IMG/VR virus record: IMGVR_UViG_3300020452_000254
Coordinates: 1-64,000 of that record
Direction: 5' to 3' (one strand)
Length of the DNA: 64,000 nt
Source: a virus
Part shown: positions 58,468-64,000 of the stretch, one piece after another
How positions within the stretch are numbered: the first letter of the stretch is position 1
How the letters are laid out: every line of letters starts with the position of its first letter
Translations under genes and position numbers: made by a program
Notes under the pieces: model-generated
Told to the model about the DNA's origin: nothing
Databases searched by the model: none
The model's input: the letters and a program-made list of their open reading frames with translations, nothing else

Positions 58468-58497
58468 AGTATATCAAAAGGTGTACCTATGTGTCAA
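58468..58497 (-). promoter_or_regulatory. sigma70-type promoter TTGACA-18-TATACT with TAGGTACA box
   Basis: TTGACAcaTAGGTACAcctttTGaTATACT. Confidence 0.75.
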
Positions 58498-58499
58498 AT

Positions 58500-58832
58500 T
58501 TAATTTTTATGGAGTTTCATGAAATACTCTGCATCTAGAACGACCAGAGGTTTTTGTCTATTTCTTTTAATGACTACAAGGGGTTCGTAGTTTCCAGAAT
58601 TAGATTCTGCTTGGTCATATGCTGACCAAATGTTTAGTTTTTCTTGGTTTTTACACTCGATTGAGTATGGGAATTTTTCTCGTGCAGCTCTTGCCATGAT
58701 GACATCTTCACCACCAGCACCCATTGAAGTAGACTTGATGTCTTCTGGATGAATATCCAATTCTTCTATGAGTCTCTCACGAGTCCACTTTTGTAAGTTT
58801 CTACCTTTTGCTTTTGCACTTTGTGGTTTCAT
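58500..58832 (-). CDS. PD-(D/E)XK endonuclease (Holliday-junction-resolvase-like)
   Basis: SAKAKGR, GED, SIECKN, PLVVIKRN. Confidence 0.7.
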   Translation of the reverse strand: MKPQSAKAKGRNLQKWTRERLIEELDIHPEDIKSTSMGAGGEDVIMARAAREKFPYSIECKNQEKLNIWSAYDQAESNSGNYEPLVVIKRNRQKPLVVLDAEYFMKLHKN

Positions 58833-58847
58833 AATATAATAAATTGT

Positions 58848-59018
58848 TTAGTCGAAGTCTAATTCTTCATTTATGTCAAATTCGTCTTCTAGTTTTAGTT
58901 CTGAACCACAAAATGGACAAAATTTAACTTCGTATCCATCTCCCATTTCGTGTTCAATGTCACCTTCTCCACCACATTCCATGCAGTAAAAACTCTGCAC
59001 AAATTCTGGGTCTTGCAT
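58848..59018 (-). CDS. small zinc-ribbon protein (56 aa)
   Basis: CMEC...CPFCG with an acidic tail; AAGGAG RBS. Confidence 0.7.
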   Translation of the reverse strand: MQDPEFVQSFYCMECGGEGDIEHEMGDGYEVKFCPFCGSELKLEDEFDINEELDFD

Positions 59019-59031
59019 GACTGCTTCTCCT

Positions 59032-59268
59032 TTATTTATTGTTCCAATCTGTATTATGCCATTTATCTAGTTGGTCATATCCACCAATTGACTCTCCATC
59101 AATTTTTATTTGTGGAAATGTTCTTGCAGTTGGAAATATTTCAAAGAGTTCTTCTCTAGTAAAATCTTCGTCCAACATATAATACTTATACTCATATCCT
59201 TGTTGTTCACATAAGTTTTTTGCTTTTACACAATAAGGACATGATGGTTTTGAATATATTTCTATCAT
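59032..59268 (-). CDS. nrdC: glutaredoxin
   Basis: CPYC, TFPQI, IGGY. Confidence 0.9.
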   Translation of the reverse strand: MIEIYSKPSCPYCVKAKNLCEQQGYEYKYYMLDEDFTREELFEIFPTARTFPQIKIDGESIGGYDQLDKWHNTDWNNK

Positions 59269-59708
59269 TTTAGTTCTACCTCAATAAATTTACCCAACAT
59301 ATTTATATCTGCATCAGATAACATACCTGCTTGGGCCCACATGGTGGAACTCATCCCACCTACTGTTTCTCTGTTCTTATATGCATTGAGTCTATCTACA
59401 ATATAGTCTTGAGATTGACCAGCAAGTTTAGGGAAGACTGCCATACCTTGACCTTCTGCACCATGACAAGCTGCACAACCACTCCATAGACTTCTGATAT
59501 CACTGAATTCATCTGCATTTGCAAGTTCTTGTTTTGCTTTAAGTATCTCTACAGTTGTTCCATTGACTCTAACATACTCTTCATAACATTCACCTGTACA
59601 TGAATGACCACCACCAACTCCAGAGTATTCTAGATTGGGATATATTTTTAGTGTAAAGAATGCAAAGATTACAAATACACCTATCATTGTCATACCTAAT
59701 TCGTTCAC
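59265..59708 (-). CDS. membrane-anchored class I cytochrome c (c553/c4-like)
   Basis: N-terminal TM segment; CAACHG haem motif; PKLAGQ...Y; distal Met; LSDADI. Confidence 0.85.
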   Translation of the reverse strand: MNELGMTMIGVFVIFAFFTLKIYPNLEYSGVGGGHSCTGECYEEYVRVNGTTVEILKAKQELANADEFSDIRSLWSGCAACHGAEGQGMAVFPKLAGQSQDYIVDRLNAYKNRETVGGMSSTMWAQAGMLSDADINMLGKFIEVELK

Positions 59709-60805
59709 AGTTCAAATCCCTTGAAAGTATCTTCTTTAATATCTTGTTTAATACCACCAATGACATAAGACTCTATTTCTGTCTCCTGTGGTGCATTCTG
59801 TTGTCCTCTAGAGGTCAACCAGTGTTGAGTCCATGGCAATGGGTTAGTTCTACTAGAAATGTCGTAGATTGGATTTAAACCAATTGCACGAAGTCTTCTG
59901 TTTGCAATGTATTCAACATAATGACTTAATAATGTTGTAGATAAACCTAGCATACTACCATGCATGAATAAGTATTCTGCCCAGTCTTTTTCTTCTGCAA
60001 CAGCTTCTTCATACATTTGATAAACATCTGGTTCACAATCTTTCATTACCTTAGTCATAACTTTATCTTTCTCTTGATTCTGATAACATTTAAGGATGTG
60101 TTGAGTGATTGCAAGATGTTGTGCTTCGTCTCTTGCAATCAAACTGATAATCTTTGCAGAACCTTCCATCTTTTTCATTTCACCAAATGCAAAAGTACAT
60201 GCAAATGATACAAAGAAACGAAGACCTTCAAGTATGTTGATACTTATAAGTGCAAGATATAATCTTTTCTTGAGTTCGTATTCATCTTTTTCGTAACCTA
60301 AACTATATCTTTGTGCATAGTCAATGAATTCATCATATCTTTTTGTAACTGATTCTGCTCTTGCAATAATCTTTTCATCATCAAGAATTGTATCAAATAC
60401 TTTTGTTGGGTCTGGATATAGATTCTTTATCATATAAGTGTATGAACGACTATGGATAGTTTCCATAAAGTCCCATGTGATAATACATCCTTCTAACTCT
60501 GGAAGAGTACAAAATGGTAGTAGTGCAGTTGCAGGCCCTCTACCTTGAACTGAATCTAAAAGTGTTTGATACTTTAGATTACTAGTAAAGATATGTTTGT
60601 GTGCTTTACTTAGTTCATTGTAATCGTTCCTATCTTTTTGAAGAGAAACTTCTTCTGGTCTCCAGAAGTAACCCAATTGTCTTTGTGTGAGTTTGTCGAA
60701 AATCGGATATTTAAAATCGTCATATCGTTGGGTATTAAGTTCCTCTCCAAAGAAGATTGGATTCTTTAAAAAATTTACTTTGTTTCTATTAAATACTTTA
60801 CTCAT
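59705..60805 (-). CDS. nrdB: ribonucleotide reductase class Ia beta subunit
   Basis: FWRPEEV, LDSVQGR, ETIHSRSY, EGLRF, DEAQH, PQETEIESY; start set at MSKVF. Confidence 0.95.
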   Translation of the reverse strand: MSKVFNRNKVNFLKNPIFFGEELNTQRYDDFKYPIFDKLTQRQLGYFWRPEEVSLQKDRNDYNELSKAHKHIFTSNLKYQTLLDSVQGRGPATALLPFCTLPELEGCIITWDFMETIHSRSYTYMIKNLYPDPTKVFDTILDDEKIIARAESVTKRYDEFIDYAQRYSLGYEKDEYELKKRLYLALISINILEGLRFFVSFACTFAFGEMKKMEGSAKIISLIARDEAQHLAITQHILKCYQNQEKDKVMTKVMKDCEPDVYQMYEEAVAEEKDWAEYLFMHGSMLGLSTTLLSHYVEYIANRRLRAIGLNPIYDISSRTNPLPWTQHWLTSRGQQNAPQETEIESYVIGGIKQDIKEDTFKGFEL

Positions 60806-61811
60806 GTTTCTCGTGTCCTTTTGCACATACTTTACCTGTAATAGGGTCTGTCAATGCAGAATTCCCATATCTCCAATAATTCTTTTTACCTTGTATAAAT
60901 GAATTTGCATCTTCCCATGCTCTTCCTGTTTTACTTCCTACTCCATGATATATTGATGGTCTACCATCATATGCAAGTTGAGGGAAATCTCTATAGATAG
61001 GCCCATCTTTATGAAGATAGTGTATAAAGATTTGTCTTGCAGATTCACCAGCAAGTCTTTCTCTCCAGTGAATTACATTACTACCTTGATAAAACATTGC
61101 ATCACCAGGCTCTAGTTTTACTGGAATACAATTTTCTCTTTCATCAAAAGGACTCCCCATTGATAATTCCCATGATTCATCATTTGCCATAGAACAATAA
61201 TTCATATCATTTCTGACCCAAATAGTCCATGGCTTCTTATCATCAGTATTATATGAGATAGGGAAAGTTGCACTAAATTCACATGATGGTCTATCAGTGT
61301 GACTTAGTAGTCTAGAATGTCTATCGTAAGTTCTTCCATATGAGTATGTTGGAACTAATCTGATACCAAACAAATCTTCTATCTTTTGTTGATACATTAG
61401 GAGAATAGTTTCTCCATAGTTAGGAAATGGCATTCCTTTACTAACCCAAGTATCTAATCCTTTACCTTTATCGTCAAAGTTATCACCTATGATATGTTCT
61501 TCTCTATAGTATTGTTTCCTTCTTTCTTGAAACTTAAACATATGAGAAGTCCATTCAATATGGTCTTTATTAAAAAAGTTTCTTGCAATATAAAATCTAT
61601 TCTTTGCAAATTGATACCCTTCTTTGGTTATCTCTGGTGCATCCTCTGGATGGTCTGTATCTGGATTAAAGATTTCAATTCTTGCATCTGAATTGTAGTC
61701 TATGTAACTATCTTTAATCTTTTGTTTATATTTATCGTAAAACTTAGACTTATCTACTTTTCTTTTTTGATTTTCTTCTTTACTTCTTCTTGCAAATTTT
61801 AAATGGCGCAT
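60798..61811 (-). CDS. 2OG-Fe(II) oxygenase between nrdA and nrdB
   Basis: PTYSYGRTY, HTDRPSCE, LEPGDA, HWRE, QIFIHY. Confidence 0.8.
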   Translation of the reverse strand: MRHLKFARRSKEENQKRKVDKSKFYDKYKQKIKDSYIDYNSDARIEIFNPDTDHPEDAPEITKEGYQFAKNRFYIARNFFNKDHIEWTSHMFKFQERRKQYYREEHIIGDNFDDKGKGLDTWVSKGMPFPNYGETILLMYQQKIEDLFGIRLVPTYSYGRTYDRHSRLLSHTDRPSCEFSATFPISYNTDDKKPWTIWVRNDMNYCSMANDESWELSMGSPFDERENCIPVKLEPGDAMFYQGSNVIHWRERLAGESARQIFIHYLHKDGPIYRDFPQLAYDGRPSIYHGVGSKTGRAWEDANSFIQGKKNYWRYGNSALTDPITGKVCAKGHEKHE

Positions 61812-64000
61812 GCCTCACAATCCTCATCTTCTATATCTTCCCCTTGAGGAAGTGGTTCATCTTTTAATTCGACAACCTCATCTGTTTTCATATCATATGT
61901 ATTTTGGTAATATGATGTCTTCCACCCATATTTATAAGTCTTCAAAAGGTCTCCTGCCATAACTGACAAGGGAACTTCATTGTTTTCATAATTTTCTGGA
62001 TTGTAAGACCAATTACCACTTATGCCTTGGTCAAAAAACTTTTGCATTACAGATACTACTTTTATATATCCATCGTTGTCTTTCATATCCCACAAAAGTG
62101 TATAAAAGTTTTGTAACATTTGATATGATGGAACTATCTGTTTTAATGGGCCTTTCTTTGATTTCTTAATAGAAAGATAATCTCTTGGTGGTTCTATTCC
62201 ATTTGTTTCATTAGAAACCACTGAGGAACTTTCTGATGGCATTTGTGCAGATAGTGTTGAATGTCTTAGTCCATGTACTTTAATTACTGTTCTTAACTTT
62301 TCCCATTCTTCTGTTAATTTATGTGGAGTAATTTCATCAACCTCTTTTTTATAAGTATCAATAGGTAATAATCCTTTGGAATACTTTGTTCTGTCATACC
62401 ATTCACATGCACCTTTCTCTGATGCAAGTTGTGTTGATGCTCTTAGTAAATGATATTGAAACTTTTCTGTAAGTTCATGAACCAACTCATATGCTTTTTC
62501 TTCACCATATTTAACTTTGTTCTTTGCAAGATAATGTGCAAGACCAATGTATCCTATTCCTAAACTTCTTCTTGCTTTGGTTGATATCTCTGCAGCCTTA
62601 ACTGGATATTTTTGATAATCAATTAATTCATCTAATCCACGAACTGATAATTCACAAAGTTCTGAAAGTTCTTCTAACTTAATTGAACCTACATTAATTG
62701 CAGATAAAATACAAAGTGCAATTTCTCCATCTTCATCGTCTGGATGACTAATGGGTTTTGTAGGTAATGTAATCTCTTGACATAGGTTTGACATACTTAC
62801 CTTATCTAAGAAGGAACTATGACTATTACTATGGTCAATGTTTTGTATATAAATTCTTCCTGTTTCTGCTCTTTCTTTGAGTAAGTCCATAAACAGTGTT
62901 CTAGCACTTATTTTCTTTTTAGGGATTGAATATGCTCTCTCGTACTTTTCGTATAGTTCATCAAACTCTGCTTTTCCAAATGCATCGTAGAGGTCAGGCA
63001 CATCGTGAGGAGAGAACAAACTAATATCTTCGTCTTTGATAAATCGTTCATAAAATAATTTAGATAATTGAATAGAATAATCTAACTTTCTGACTCTATT
63101 ATCTTCTGTCCCTTTATTGTTTTTGAGGACAATAATGTCTTCAATCTCTTGGTGCCAGATTGGAAAATGGACAGTAGCTGACCCACCCCTAACACCATTT
63201 TGTGTACAACATCTGACTGTGGATTCAAATTTCTTGAGAAAAGGGATAACTCCAGTGTGCTGGACTTCTCCGCCCCTAATCTTAGAATTAATTCCACGAA
63301 TTCTACCAGCATTAATACCAATTCCAGCCCTCTGTGCAACATACCTACCAATAGCCATGTCACTAGAGAAAATACTTGGAAGAGAGTCATCAGTATCAAC
63401 CAAAACACAACTAGCAAATTGTCTAAGAGGTGTCCTAACCCCTGCCATAATTGGTGTAGGGATGGAAATCTTAAATTGTGAAATTGCATCATAATATTTT
63501 TTAACATATTCTAACCTCGTTTCTTCTGGATAGTCCTTAAACAGAACTGCACTTATTAACATATACATAAATTGTGGTGTTTCATATAACTTTCCAGAAG
63601 ACCTATCTTGCACTAGATATTTGTCCACCACTTGTCTGAGACCTGCGTAAGCAAACAACATGTCTCGATTATGATTAAGATATGAGTTTAGTTTATCCCA
63701 TTCTTTATCATCATAATAACCTTTTAATTTTTCATCATAAACACCATGTTTGATATTTCTATCTACTATATCTTTTAATGGTGGATATATTTTACTGTCT
63801 TTCCACTTAGTATTAAATACATCTTTACGAATTGCAAACAATAATAATCTTGATGCAACATATTGATAGTTTGGTGCTTCCAAAGATATCAAATCAGATG
63901 ATGTTTTTACTAATGTGTCTTGTATTTCTTGAGTAGACATCCCATCATAAAATGATAGATTTGAACTCATTTCTACTTGTGATGCTGAAACTCCATTGAT
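61799..64000 (-). CDS. nrdA: ribonucleotide reductase class Ia alpha subunit (5' end outside the window)
   Basis: PTPIM, SCVL, SNLCQE, LCILSA, MPSESSS, KTSYY, terminal CEAC; frame open to the window edge. Confidence 0.97.
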   Translation of the reverse strand: MNGVSASQVEMSSNLSFYDGMSTQEIQDTLVKTSSDLISLEAPNYQYVASRLLLFAIRKDVFNTKWKDSKIYPPLKDIVDRNIKHGVYDEKLKGYYDDKEWDKLNSYLNHNRDMLFAYAGLRQVVDKYLVQDRSSGKLYETPQFMYMLISAVLFKDYPEETRLEYVKKYYDAISQFKISIPTPIMAGVRTPLRQFASCVLVDTDDSLPSIFSSDMAIGRYVAQRAGIGINAGRIRGINSKIRGGEVQHTGVIPFLKKFESTVRCCTQNGVRGGSATVHFPIWHQEIEDIIVLKNNKGTEDNRVRKLDYSIQLSKLFYERFIKDEDISLFSPHDVPDLYDAFGKAEFDELYEKYERAYSIPKKKISARTLFMDLLKERAETGRIYIQNIDHSNSHSSFLDKVSMSNLCQEITLPTKPISHPDDEDGEIALCILSAINVGSIKLEELSELCELSVRGLDELIDYQKYPVKAAEISTKARRSLGIGYIGLAHYLAKNKVKYGEEKAYELVHELTEKFQYHLLRASTQLASEKGACEWYDRTKYSKGLLPIDTYKKEVDEITPHKLTEEWEKLRTVIKVHGLRHSTLSAQMPSESSSVVSNETNGIEPPRDYLSIKKSKKGPLKQIVPSYQMLQNFYTLLWDMKDNDGYIKVVSVMQKFFDQGISGNWSYNPENYENNEVPLSVMAGDLLKTYKYGWKTSYYQNTYDMKTDEVVELKDEPLPQGEDIEDEDCEACAI

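Noticed and set aside
59705-64000. Introns or inteins in nrdA/nrdB
   Set aside because: Both frames are continuous, of normal length, and lack intein or homing-endonuclease motifs

Overview
A 64-kb, AT-rich segment of a large T4-like myophage, most likely marine; its auxiliary genes suggest a proteobacterial host, which is a weak inference. From 1 to 42 kb it holds the tail-fibre, baseplate and tail module: several fibre genes, a VrlC/DUF4815-like protein, gp8, gp7-like, gp6, gp25, gp5, a gp27-like hub, gp53, gp48, gp4, gp2, a tail-tube-like protein, gp26, gp51 and a tape-measure-like gene. From 42 to 64 kb it holds replication, transcription and accessory genes: gp32, gp59, bS21, gp33, a Mom-like GNAT, IscU, an exonuclease, a DenV-like glycosylase, RNase H, glutaredoxin, cytochrome c, nrdB/nrdA and several 2OG-Fe(II) oxygenases. 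The most striking element is the 556-aa ORF at 1569-3239. Its 40 RP-ended repeats form a mirror (20+20 repeats, 202+202 aa) with strict cross-arm pairing rules, which implies one very long antiparallel beta-hairpin, probably a fibre tip. It is followed by a chaperone-like ORF, a 2OG-Fe(II) hydroxylase and a P-loop kinase. Other notable items are a probable -1 frameshift fusing gp26 to gp51, three candidate structured ncRNAs, a phage-specific promoter box (TTGACA-NN-TARGTACA), a candidate replication origin carrying panD, and apparent strong GATC avoidance. All calls were made by eye without database searches.
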